The notes beneath the pieces were generated by a model. It was given only the letters and a program-made list of their open reading frames with translations. It was not told the DNA's origin and did no database searches. From contig CACYCL010000164.1 of the NCBI GenBank assembly GCA_902772905.1, forward strand, positions 1-44,258: DNA of 44,258 nucleotides. Direction: 5' to 3'. This document shows positions 27,607 to 35,920 of the stretch, one piece after another. This DNA is from an uncultured bacterium. GTDB lineage: Bacteria > Verrucomicrobiota > Kiritimatiellia > RFP12 > UBA1067. Positions within the stretch are counted from its first letter, which is position 1. Every line of letters begins with the position of its first letter. A program made the position numbers and the translations under genes.

Positions 27607-28107
27607 TCACTTTTCTACGACCGTCACCTTTTTGATCACTACGGCCGTTTCGGGCACGTTCTGATGTGGGCCGGCAAAGCCGGTCTTCACCTTGCCGATG
27701 GCGTCCACCACCGAAAGGCCGTCGGTAACCTCGCCGAATACCGCGTAACCAAAGCCCTGCTGCGTAGGATTCTGGAAATCGAGGAAGTCGTTGTCGACGA
27801 GGTTGATGAAGAACTGGCTCGTCGCGGAGTCGACGACCATAGTGCGAGCCATAGCTATCGTGCCGCGCTTGTTCTTCAGGCCATTCACCGCTTCGTTGCG
27901 GATCGGAGCGCGTGTAGGCTTCTGGTTCATGTCCTTCGTGAAGCCGCCGCCCTGTATCATGAACCCGTCTATCACGCGGTGAAAAATCGTCCCGTCATAA
28001 TGGCCGTCCTTCGCGTACTTCACGAAGTTCGCCACTGTTTCAGGCGCCTTGTCCGCATTGAGCTCCAGGGTGATTGTTCCCATCGTGGTCTCGATTGTCG
28101 CTTTCAT
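27607..28107 (-). CDS. ppiB: Cyclophilin-type peptidyl-prolyl cis-trans isomerase
   Basis: [42 protein letters not shown]; no signal peptide. Confidence 0.95.
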   Translation of the reverse strand: MKATIETTMGTITLELNADKAPETVANFVKYAKDGHYDGTIFHRVIDGFMIQGGGFTKDMNQKPTRAPIRNEAVNGLKNKRGTIAMARTMVVDSATSQFFINLVDNDFLDFQNPTQQGFGYAVFGEVTDGLSVVDAIGKVKTGFAGPHQNVPETAVVIKKVTVVEK

Positions 28108-28189
28108 GTCGCGTATTATACCAAATTTCGTCCACGCTCGCCATCACCTACCAACAAAGGCTTCCTGGACGATGCGTTGCCTATATATA

Positions 28190-29374
28190 CTATGCAACAC
28201 AAGAACATTCACCACAATCAGGATGATACCTCTGGCAGTAGTCACGGTGAATCTGCAGCAGTCCCTGTATCAACAGACCATTGCCCGCATATACGGCAAC
28301 TGGATTGTGGTCGCGTCCGAAGAGTCGAAAGGCTGTCAGCCGCACGGGTTGCGAAACATCCTCCGGCGGAAGCCATTCGGGCGGCTCCGTCATGCGCTCT
28401 TCGGCCATTGCATAGGGCACCACTACGTTTGCCAGCACAGCCGCCGCACGTCCCCTTCCCATGCACCGCGCAATCAGCTCCCCGCCTGTGCACCCTTTTT
28501 GCCGCTGCTCCCCGCACATTGCGGACACCATGTCCCTGCATGACTTAGGAGAGAAATCCGAGGCATCGGCGAGTTCCATGGTCGGCGTAGCGGTGAACAC
28601 CGTCGCAGCATCGGCTAGTCTCCGTTCCGGCTGGTTGCACGGCCTCAGCCCCATGCGTTCCCAGTTCTCGAAACCTCCTGCCACAAGCAGTGCCTCCTTC
28701 GCGATGTCTGGCTCCCGGAGCAGATTGCCTATCGGGACGCGTTCGGCAATCCGGCGAAACTGCGACGCATTCCGCGAATAGCCAAGTGCCGTCATCACCT
28801 CTTCGTAAAACACCTGCCTGCGCCCAGCCGCTCCTTCGCAAAGCCGTCCGCAGATTCGCCGCGCCTTCATGTGAAGCCTGCGACGCCCAGCCGACGCCAA
28901 GACCTCATGCGCGAAGTCGGGGTCATCGGCCAGACGCTGCCTGCACGGGCGCTCGTCGAGCGGAAGGCGAGCGTATGGATAGGCCGACAGGTCGATCTGG
29001 TCGGGCGAGAACGATGCATCCTCCGACATGAATCGACCAAGCCAGATTGACACTGCGCCTGGCGGCAGGGTGGCCGGAACAGGTCCGCATCTCCAAGTGA
29101 CGTGCGCAATGACGTTCCTGTACTTTGGATCCGATCCATGTCCATGAATGTCCCAGTCCGACGGGCACAGATGTATCTCGACATCTCCAACGACACGCCG
29201 CCGTTCATGCCCGATCTCGATGACCGCGCCGAGGAAGTCCGGCCCTGCGCCAAGGTTCCACTCGCCAGGGCTGACTACAGTCACCTCGCTGCCCCGCCTT
29301 GTGTAGAGACGCCGTGGCCTGAACGCCGCATCGTACCATATCGCCTGGACGTGCCTCTCCGATACGCCGCCCAT
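28190..29374 (-). CDS. DUF2851 family protein
   Basis: PGEWNLGAGPDF, GDVEIH..SDW..HGH..DP.Y.NVIAHV; QGLLQIHRDYC...CGEC at the C-terminus. Confidence 0.85.
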   Translation of the reverse strand: MGGVSERHVQAIWYDAAFRPRRLYTRRGSEVTVVSPGEWNLGAGPDFLGAVIEIGHERRRVVGDVEIHLCPSDWDIHGHGSDPKYRNVIAHVTWRCGPVPATLPPGAVSIWLGRFMSEDASFSPDQIDLSAYPYARLPLDERPCRQRLADDPDFAHEVLASAGRRRLHMKARRICGRLCEGAAGRRQVFYEEVMTALGYSRNASQFRRIAERVPIGNLLREPDIAKEALLVAGGFENWERMGLRPCNQPERRLADAATVFTATPTMELADASDFSPKSCRDMVSAMCGEQRQKGCTGGELIARCMGRGRAAAVLANVVVPYAMAEERMTEPPEWLPPEDVSQPVRLTAFRLFGRDHNPVAVYAGNGLLIQGLLQIHRDYCQRYHPDCGECSCVA

Positions 29375-29383
29375 TGCCGCCCC

Positions 29384-30370
29384 TCAAGCCGCCTTTGCCG
29401 TCATGACGCGGTCGGCGATTTCCGCAGCCACTTCGGGATGTTCACGAAGGTATGCTATAGCCGCCAGATTCCCCTGCGCAAGCTGGCTGTCGCCGTACGA
29501 AAGCCAGCTGCCGCGCTTCTCGACTATGCCACGCGCAAGCGCCGCGTCGAGAATTGAACCCTCGCGTGAGATTCCGCATGAGTAGAGTATGTCGAACTCG
29601 GCCTCGGCAAACGGCGCCGCGACCTTGTTCTTTACGACCTTGACTCTTGTGCGATTGCCTATTACCTGTCCGGACGAGTCCTTGATTGCGCCTATGCGCT
29701 GCACCTGAAGGCGGCAGGTTGCATAGAACTTGAGCGCCTTGCCGCCAGGAGTGGTCTCGGGATTGCCGAACATCACGCCTATCTTGTCGCGCACCTGGTT
29801 AGTGAAGATGCAAAGCGTCCTCGTCTGCGCCATGGTCGCAGTCAGCTTGCGCATCGCCTGTGACATCAGCCTCGCCTGCAGCCCCACGTGGGCATCGCCT
29901 ATGTCGCCGTCGATCTCGGCCTGCGGCGTAAGCGCGGCGACGGAGTCGATGACAACCACGTCTACCGCGCCTGACTTCGCCAGCTGCTCGCATATCGTAA
30001 GCGCCTCCTCCCCCGAATTTGGCTGCGACACGACAAGTTCGTCGAGGTTGACGCCTATTTTCCTTGCATAAGCAGGATCAAGCGCATGTTCCGCGTCTAT
30101 GAACGCAGCCACGCCGCCCGCCTTCTGCGCATTCGCCACAACATGCAGGGCAAGCGTCGTCTTGCCAGACGACTCGTGTCCGTAACATTCTACGATTCTG
30201 CCACGCGGAAGCCCGCCTACGCCCAGTGCCATGTCAAGCGAAAGCGCACCTGTTGAAATGGACTCAACGGTTTTGTCGGCCGCGTCACCAAGACGCAGCA
30301 CGGCCATTTCGCCGAACTCCTTGCGTATGGACTTCATTACCTCGTCAAGCACCGTTGCAATCTTTCCCAT
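29384..30370 (-). CDS. recA: Recombinase RecA
   Basis: [72 protein letters not shown]. Confidence 0.99.
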   Translation of the reverse strand: MGKIATVLDEVMKSIRKEFGEMAVLRLGDAADKTVESISTGALSLDMALGVGGLPRGRIVECYGHESSGKTTLALHVVANAQKAGGVAAFIDAEHALDPAYARKIGVNLDELVVSQPNSGEEALTICEQLAKSGAVDVVVIDSVAALTPQAEIDGDIGDAHVGLQARLMSQAMRKLTATMAQTRTLCIFTNQVRDKIGVMFGNPETTPGGKALKFYATCRLQVQRIGAIKDSSGQVIGNRTRVKVVKNKVAAPFAEAEFDILYSCGISREGSILDAALARGIVEKRGSWLSYGDSQLAQGNLAAIAYLREHPEVAAEIADRVMTAKAA

Positions 30371-30395
30371 TGCCTTGCCTCCTTTCTTCCTGATG

Positions 30396-30830
30396 TCAGT
30401 CCCACTTCACGAATCGACTGGGATTCGCGAAGAGGTTCACTTTCTCGATATGGTCCACGACAGGCCTTCCCCCGCTCGGCGTACCATATATCTCTATCAC
30501 GTCAAAGCGAAAGTCGCCGTGCCATCTGTTGGCGCGCCGCCATGCATTGCAGGCCCGCCGCAAGTTGGTTCGCTTCCGCCTGTCAATGCGAGAGAGCCTT
30601 CTCCCATACGGCGACATCGTGGCGTGCTGCTTCACCTCGACAAACACCATTGCGTCCGTCTTGGGATCCCATGCCACAAGGTCTATTTCCAGACGTCGGT
30701 CCTTGGCCACGGGGCAGCTGTTGCGGTCGATTATCTGGAATCCGGCGCGGCGAAGGTATTCCGCCGCGACATCCTCGCCCCAAACACCGTTCGCAACGCC
30801 GATGTTCGCCGAATCACGCCGCAGACGCAT
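30396..30830 (-). CDS. yraN: YraN family (UPF0102) PD-(D/E)XK nuclease
   Basis: [38 protein letters not shown]; ATG 30830 overlaps the upstream ORF. Confidence 0.9.
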   Translation of the reverse strand: MRLRRDSANIGVANGVWGEDVAAEYLRRAGFQIIDRNSCPVAKDRRLEIDLVAWDPKTDAMVFVEVKQHATMSPYGRRLSRIDRRKRTNLRRACNAWRRANRWHGDFRFDVIEIYGTPSGGRPVVDHIEKVNLFANPSRFVKWD

Positions 30831-31413
30831 TGCGATACCCCCTTTCACGTGCCTCGTACGCCGAGGTGTCGTGCGCTACAAGCATCGGGATGCCAAACGC
30901 CACGACGGACATGGAGCCCGCTATGGCCTCGCACAGTCCAACGGCCTCGGCTTGTGTGATTATGATGTGCCCATGCATTCCCTCGCCGCCATCTCGCGGG
31001 TTGCGGTAGACTTCAAGCGAATAGCCGGTTATAGGCTCGACGAGGTGGCGCAACTGTATTTTCGTTGCCGCACGCGATGTCTGGTGGTAGAGGCCGCGGT
31101 CGTCGTTGATTGACTCGCATTCTCCTCTGAACACCTGAAGAATCCTGCACAGGTCATTGAAGTCGAGCTTGACGCATATTGCATTCTCCCAGTCAAAGCG
31201 CGCGAACGTCGGAGACGCCCCCCTTCTGTCGCCTATCGCACACTGATTCGCAACGCGCATCATGATGCTGCCGTCTACGTTGTCATGCGCGGGATGCAGC
31301 TTCAGCTCCAACGCGCCGCCCGTGCCCTTTTGATTGGCGTGGTAGAATCTGAGCGTCGGCCTGTACTGGCCTAGAGCCGCTCCCTGACTGTTTCTCTCCT
31401 TGTTCGTTTCCAT
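30814..31413 (-). CDS. Hypothetical protein, putative Whirly-like ssDNA-binding protein
   Basis: AAGGAG RBS before ATG 31413, 199 aa; motif order resembles the plant Whirly domain (see findings); the CDS is well supported, the fold is inference. Confidence 0.6.
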   Translation of the reverse strand: METNKERNSQGAALGQYRPTLRFYHANQKGTGGALELKLHPAHDNVDGSIMMRVANQCAIGDRRGASPTFARFDWENAICVKLDFNDLCRILQVFRGECESINDDRGLYHQTSRAATKIQLRHLVEPITGYSLEVYRNPRDGGEGMHGHIIITQAEAVGLCEAIAGSMSVVAFGIPMLVAHDTSAYEARERGYRNASAA

Positions 31414-31475
31414 GTTTGCGTTCTCCTTTCTTTTCTTCGCAGTTGATGCACACTCCCGCCGACGCCGACAGCGAG

Positions 31476-33029
31476 TCACATCCAGAATGAATTCGCCTCG
31501 TCGTCGCAGCGACGGTAGTCGAGCGCGGCAAGAAGGTCGTCATCGCGCACACCCTCGGATCCTGCGAGATCCGCAAGGGTCCTCGCCACGCGCAGAACCT
31601 TGTCATAGGCGCGGGCAGAGAGGTTCAGCCGCTCAATCATGCGGACAAGCTTCTCGCGATCCTTGGCTGTAAAATGGCATACGTCCGCCAAATGCCGACT
31701 CCTGACCTGCGCATTGGTTCGCACGCCAGGCATGCCACGGTAGCGCTCTGCTTGAATTGCCCGTGCGCGAATCACCCTCTCGCGCATGGCTTCGCTCGAC
31801 TCCCCGGGATCCATGAGTGGAAGTTCCCTGGCATTGACCGACGGCACCTCGATCTGAATGTCTATTCTGTCCAGGACAGGCCCGGATACGCGCCCCTGAT
31901 ATTTCAGTATCGCCGTCGGAGAGCATCTGCACGCATGAGCCGCGTCGCCATACCAGCCGCATGGGCATGGGTTCATCGCGGCGACAAGCATGAACTCCGA
32001 CGGAAAGTCGTAGGCTGCCGCCGCGCGCGACACGCCGACGTGTCCGTCTTCGAGAGGCTGTCTCAAAACCTCCAGCGACTGACGCGGAAACTCGGCAAAC
32101 TCGTCCAGGAACAGCACGCCCCTGTGCGCAAGCGACACCTCGCCGGGAAGCGCGCGCATTCCGCCGCCGAGCAGGCCTATGGACGATACGGTGTGATGCG
32201 GCGCACGGAACGGCCGCCGCGTCACGAAGCGACCCGCGCCGGCCCCCTTCGCCTCGCCTGCCACTGAATGAATTCGCGACACTTCAAGCGCCTCGTCAAC
32301 CGTGAGCGGCGGCAATATGGACGGTATGCGACGCGCCAGCATTGTCTTGCCGGAGCCCGGCGATCCTATCATCAGTATGTTGTGGCCGCCGGCAACGGCG
32401 ACTTCGATGGCCTTGCGGGCACGCTCCTGCCCCTTCACATCGGAAAAGTCGTCCATCGCGCCGCAACCAGACGCAACAAGTCCGCCAAGGTCGGTATAGC
32501 GAGGCTCAATGGCCCGCTCGCCGTTCAAATACTGCACCGTCTCCTGCAATGTGCGCACAGGTATGACATCAATGCCGCCGACCACGCTGGCCTCATCTAC
32601 GTTTTCAATCGGCACTATGGCGGCACGTCGTCCAATGCGCTTCATTTCAAGTACAATCGGCAGTATGCCTCGCACGCGCCGCACCTCTCCGGAAAGCGAC
32701 AGCTCGCCGACGAACGCATACTCATCCAGATGTTCGTTGCTGATGCGCCCTGTGGCCTTCAAAAGACACACCGCTATCGGCAAATCGTATATCGGCCCCT
32801 CCTTCCGGACATCGGCGGGCGCGAGATTAACCGTAACGTCGAATTCCTTCCTCGATGCAAGCCCTTGGTTCTTGAGCGCCGTAGGAATCCTGTCCTTGGC
32901 CTCTTTTACCGCCGTATCCGGAAGCCCGACAATTGCGAACTGCGACGTGCCGACGGCAGAATACACCTCTATCTCGACCGTTCGCGCGTCGACTCCGTTC
33001 ACAGCTCCAGAGTAGCATTTTGCAAGCAT
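31476..33029 (-). CDS. comM: ComM/YifB Mg-chelatase-like AAA+ helicase
   Basis: IVGLPDTAVKE, TVNLAPADVRKEG..YDLPIA, GSPGSGKT, PFRAPHHT, PGEVSLAHRGVLFLDE, AAMNPCPCG, DRIDI, LSARAYDKVLRVARTLADL. Confidence 0.96.
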   Translation of the reverse strand: MLAKCYSGAVNGVDARTVEIEVYSAVGTSQFAIVGLPDTAVKEAKDRIPTALKNQGLASRKEFDVTVNLAPADVRKEGPIYDLPIAVCLLKATGRISNEHLDEYAFVGELSLSGEVRRVRGILPIVLEMKRIGRRAAIVPIENVDEASVVGGIDVIPVRTLQETVQYLNGERAIEPRYTDLGGLVASGCGAMDDFSDVKGQERARKAIEVAVAGGHNILMIGSPGSGKTMLARRIPSILPPLTVDEALEVSRIHSVAGEAKGAGAGRFVTRRPFRAPHHTVSSIGLLGGGMRALPGEVSLAHRGVLFLDEFAEFPRQSLEVLRQPLEDGHVGVSRAAAAYDFPSEFMLVAAMNPCPCGWYGDAAHACRCSPTAILKYQGRVSGPVLDRIDIQIEVPSVNARELPLMDPGESSEAMRERVIRARAIQAERYRGMPGVRTNAQVRSRHLADVCHFTAKDREKLVRMIERLNLSARAYDKVLRVARTLADLAGSEGVRDDDLLAALDYRRCDDEANSFWM

Positions 33030-33068
33030 CTTTTCGTTCCTTTCCGCCTTCGTGCTGAAGACACGGAT

Positions 33069-33077
33069 ATTATCGCA
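33069..33077 (-). promoter_or_regulatory. Extended -10 element of the comM operon promoter
   Basis: TGCGATAAT about 40 nt upstream of the comM ATG; no consensus -35, whose position is occupied by the CTTAAG array. Confidence 0.6.
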
Positions 33078-33090
33078 GAAAAAACGAAAA

Positions 33091-33134
33091 GATACCTTAA
33101 GATTACCTTAAGATTTACCTTAAGATTTCTTAAG
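33091..33134. repeat. Four phased CTTAAG boxes (putative operator array)
   Basis: gatacCTTAAGattacCTTAAGatttacCTTAAGatttCTTAAG; boxes start at 33096, 33107, 33119, 33129. Confidence 0.9.
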
Positions 33135-33202
33135 GTTCAGATCGGAAATTTTACACAGCAACCGAAGCCGCAGCCAATGTTTACGGACCTGCGGCGACAC
33201 CC

Positions 33203-35518
33203 CTATGCGAAAAACTCGGCAACGCGCAAAAGCAACTCGTCCCTTTCGGATACGGTTCTCACTGTCGCGGGAATGGATTTTCGGAATGTAGCGCCGTAGT
33301 TCTTAGTCACTATTCGCGGATCGGATATGACTACCACTCCACGATCCGACCTAGTGCGAATCAGCCGCCCAAAACCCTGGCGAAAGCGAACCACCGCCTC
33401 TGGCAGCGCGTAGTCCCGGAAAGAGCTGCCGCCCGAGCGGTCTATCATCTCCGACCTCGCCTCCACAATGGGATCACCGACCTGCGCAAAGGGAAGACGC
33501 GCCAGCACAACGCATGAAAGCGCCTCGCCTGCGACATCCACACCCTCCCAGAAACTCTGCGCCCCGAACACGATTACCGGCCTGTCGCCCATTTCATCGT
33601 CGCATGAACGCCGCAGTTCAGCGGTCATAGACTCACGCGACATGCCCTCGCCCTGCACCAGGAGCCGCATTCCGTCGCCTTCCAGCGCAGGCCTCGCATG
33701 CGCCGCTACGGCATTCATCATCTCATAGCTCGTAAACAGCACAAGCGCGCGCCCGTGCGTAACGGCGAACAGGTCACGCATCAGCGCCGCGAGCGCCTCG
33801 GCGTAGCCAGACGGATTCGCGGACGGATCTGGCAGACAGTCGGGCGCAAGCACAAGCGCCTGGCGGAAGTAGTCGAACGGACTTGCCGCCGTCATCATCC
33901 TGAACCGCTCGTCGCACCCAAGCCTACGAGCCATGTACGCGAAGTCAGAGCCTACCCGCAGTGTAGCCGAGCAAAGCACTACCGAGTCCTTCACGTCGTA
34001 GAACATCCGCTTCAAGTCACCCGCCACCGACAGCGGCGCGGCGACAAGCCGCACATAAGAGGGACGATTCTCGGCGCGTACGCGTTCCGCCCAGTAGGCG
34101 TGAGTGTCCTTCTCTCCGCTTATCACGAAGTTCGCCTCGTTTGCGAAATCCACCAGCGACTCCGCGATCCCGCAGACCTGCGCGGAGAGATCGCCGAGGT
34201 AATTGAGCTCGCCATCTGGCACGGCGCCGTCCAATGTGTCGCGCAAGGAATGCAGAAGGTTGACCATCGACGCAAGGCGGGCCTCCAGCCCCGCCTGCGC
34301 ACGGCGGAGGCGCGTCTCGTCCCATGCGTCCGGCTCGTATGGCTTGAAGAGCCCGTGAAGCGAGAACTCGCGCACCAGCCTATGCCCGTCCACGCCGTGC
34401 ACAATGCGGTAGCGGCACACTCTGCGGTCCTTCGCAGGTCTAAGCAGAAGAGCCGCCACGTCGAAGAGTTCATCCGCTGCGTCTACTATGCCGACGACAA
34501 GCCGCGACGCCTCGCCGAGCGCACGCGCGACAGCCTCTGCCGCCGGGCCACCGGCGAAGGCGCCCTTCTGGAACTGGCGCTCAACGGCCGCCAGCACTCC
34601 TCCCGGACGCGTACGCTTGCCGCGCCCTCGCCTGACAAGGCGGTTCAGTATGCGCGCAAGCGCTGGCATGGAAAGCTCGCAGCCGAGATAGTCCGTCGCA
34701 ATCGACTCCAAGTTGTGCGCTTCGTCCATCACTATGCGTCCATACGCAGGGAGTATGCCGCTGCCGGGCGAAGTTGCCTCGGCAAGAACCAACGCGTGGT
34801 TTACCACTACGAGATGCGCTTCCGACGCGGCCTTGCGGGCCTTGTAGACGAAGCAGCGAGAGTAGTATGGGCATCTCCTTCCGCCACATTCCTCGCCCGG
34901 GCACGTCAGCAGCGAACGCGGCAGCCCTTCGTAGCCGTCGAGGTCGCCGTCTGCCGTGTGCCGAAGCCAGTCTATGAATCTTGGCACCAATGTCTGCTCT
35001 TCTGATGACATTGTCCAGAAGCCAGGCGCGAAGAAGTCGCCGACAGCCCTCAGGCAGAGATAGTTGGCACGCCCCTTGAGAAGCGCGACCCTGAACTTGT
35101 GCGCATCAGCGCCAATGACGGCAAGCGCACGCGGTATGTCGGAACCGATGAGCTGGGACTGAAGATTGCGCGTGGCGGTCGAGACGATCACAGGCGTATC
35201 GTTCGTCCATGCCCACAACATTGACGGCACCAGGTAGGCCAGCGACTTGCCCACGCCCGTCCCAGCTTCTATCATGAGATGCTCGCGCGCATTGAACGCC
35301 GACGCAACGGCGCCGGTCATGTCAATCTGCCCGGGCCGTTCCTCATAGCCTGGAAGCGAGCCGAGAGTGCCGCCTCGCCTAAGGTGCATGCGCACTGCCT
35401 CCACGTCGAGGCGCGAGCAGTCCTCGTGCGCAGGCAGGTGGCGCTGCCGCGAGGGCGGGGATATCTCCGGTATGAAGTCGGCCCAGCCCGGATTGTCTAT
35501 GAACTGCGCAGGAGTCAC
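33203..35518 (-). CDS. dinG: DinG/YoaA family Fe-S DNA helicase
   Basis: YEERPGQ, EAGTGVGKSLAYL, LKGRANYLC, C..C....CP...C, DEAHNL, SATL, FWEGVDV, RLPF, QGFGRLIR. Confidence 0.93.
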   Translation of the reverse strand: MTPAQFIDNPGWADFIPEISPPSRQRHLPAHEDCSRLDVEAVRMHLRRGGTLGSLPGYEERPGQIDMTGAVASAFNAREHLMIEAGTGVGKSLAYLVPSMLWAWTNDTPVIVSTATRNLQSQLIGSDIPRALAVIGADAHKFRVALLKGRANYLCLRAVGDFFAPGFWTMSSEEQTLVPRFIDWLRHTADGDLDGYEGLPRSLLTCPGEECGGRRCPYYSRCFVYKARKAASEAHLVVVNHALVLAEATSPGSGILPAYGRIVMDEAHNLESIATDYLGCELSMPALARILNRLVRRGRGKRTRPGGVLAAVERQFQKGAFAGGPAAEAVARALGEASRLVVGIVDAADELFDVAALLLRPAKDRRVCRYRIVHGVDGHRLVREFSLHGLFKPYEPDAWDETRLRRAQAGLEARLASMVNLLHSLRDTLDGAVPDGELNYLGDLSAQVCGIAESLVDFANEANFVISGEKDTHAYWAERVRAENRPSYVRLVAAPLSVAGDLKRMFYDVKDSVVLCSATLRVGSDFAYMARRLGCDERFRMMTAASPFDYFRQALVLAPDCLPDPSANPSGYAEALAALMRDLFAVTHGRALVLFTSYEMMNAVAAHARPALEGDGMRLLVQGEGMSRESMTAELRRSCDDEMGDRPVIVFGAQSFWEGVDVAGEALSCVVLARLPFAQVGDPIVEARSEMIDRSGGSSFRDYALPEAVVRFRQGFGRLIRTRSDRGVVVISDPRIVTKNYGATFRKSIPATVRTVSERDELLLRVAEFFA

Positions 35519-35916
35519 ATGCGCAACTCTGCGGCAAGCGCCTCAAGCGCCTTCATGTCGCCCTTCGAGTTTTCGAAGGCAAGCGGGTCGCCGCTCCAGC
35601 GCGGCACTATGTGGAAGTGGATGTGCCGCACCGTCTGACCGGCGGCCTCTCCGTTGTTCTGAAGAATGTTGAAGCCGTCACAGCCGAGTTTGGCCTTTAT
35701 GTGCGCGGCTATCTTCTTGACGCGCACGATCAGCTCGGCGAGCGTGGCGTCGTCAGCTTCAATTAGGTTTGCCGCATGGCCCTTAGGTATGACGAGCGTA
35801 TGGCCCTTGGCAAATGGGTTGATGTCAAGGTACGCAAGAACCAGATCGTCTTCGTACACCTTGAAACTCGGAATCTCGCCAGCGGCGATCGCACAGAATA
35901 TGCAGTCGTTTTTCAT
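35515..35916 (-). CDS. HIT family nucleotide hydrolase
   Basis: DCIFC, DINP..GHTLVIPK, NNGEAAGQTVRHIHFHIVPR. Confidence 0.95.
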   Translation of the reverse strand: MKNDCIFCAIAAGEIPSFKVYEDDLVLAYLDINPFAKGHTLVIPKGHAANLIEADDATLAELIVRVKKIAAHIKAKLGCDGFNILQNNGEAAGQTVRHIHFHIVPRWSGDPLAFENSKGDMKALEALAAELRM

Positions 35917-35920
35917 GATC

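Noticed and set aside
33091-33134. CRISPR array interpretation of the CTTAAG repeats
   Set aside because: Units are 10-12 bp with no unique spacers, and no cas genes are present
33030-33202. LexA/SOS box upstream of the comM-recA operon
   Set aside because: No CTGT-N8-ACAG, GAAC-N4-GTTC or TGTTC-N4-GAACA match seen by eye
33698-35005. 435-aa plus-strand ORF and similar long antisense ORFs (e.g. 22760-23764, 32268-33299, 41705-42757)
   Set aside because: Each lies opposite a well-supported minus-strand gene and has no family motifs
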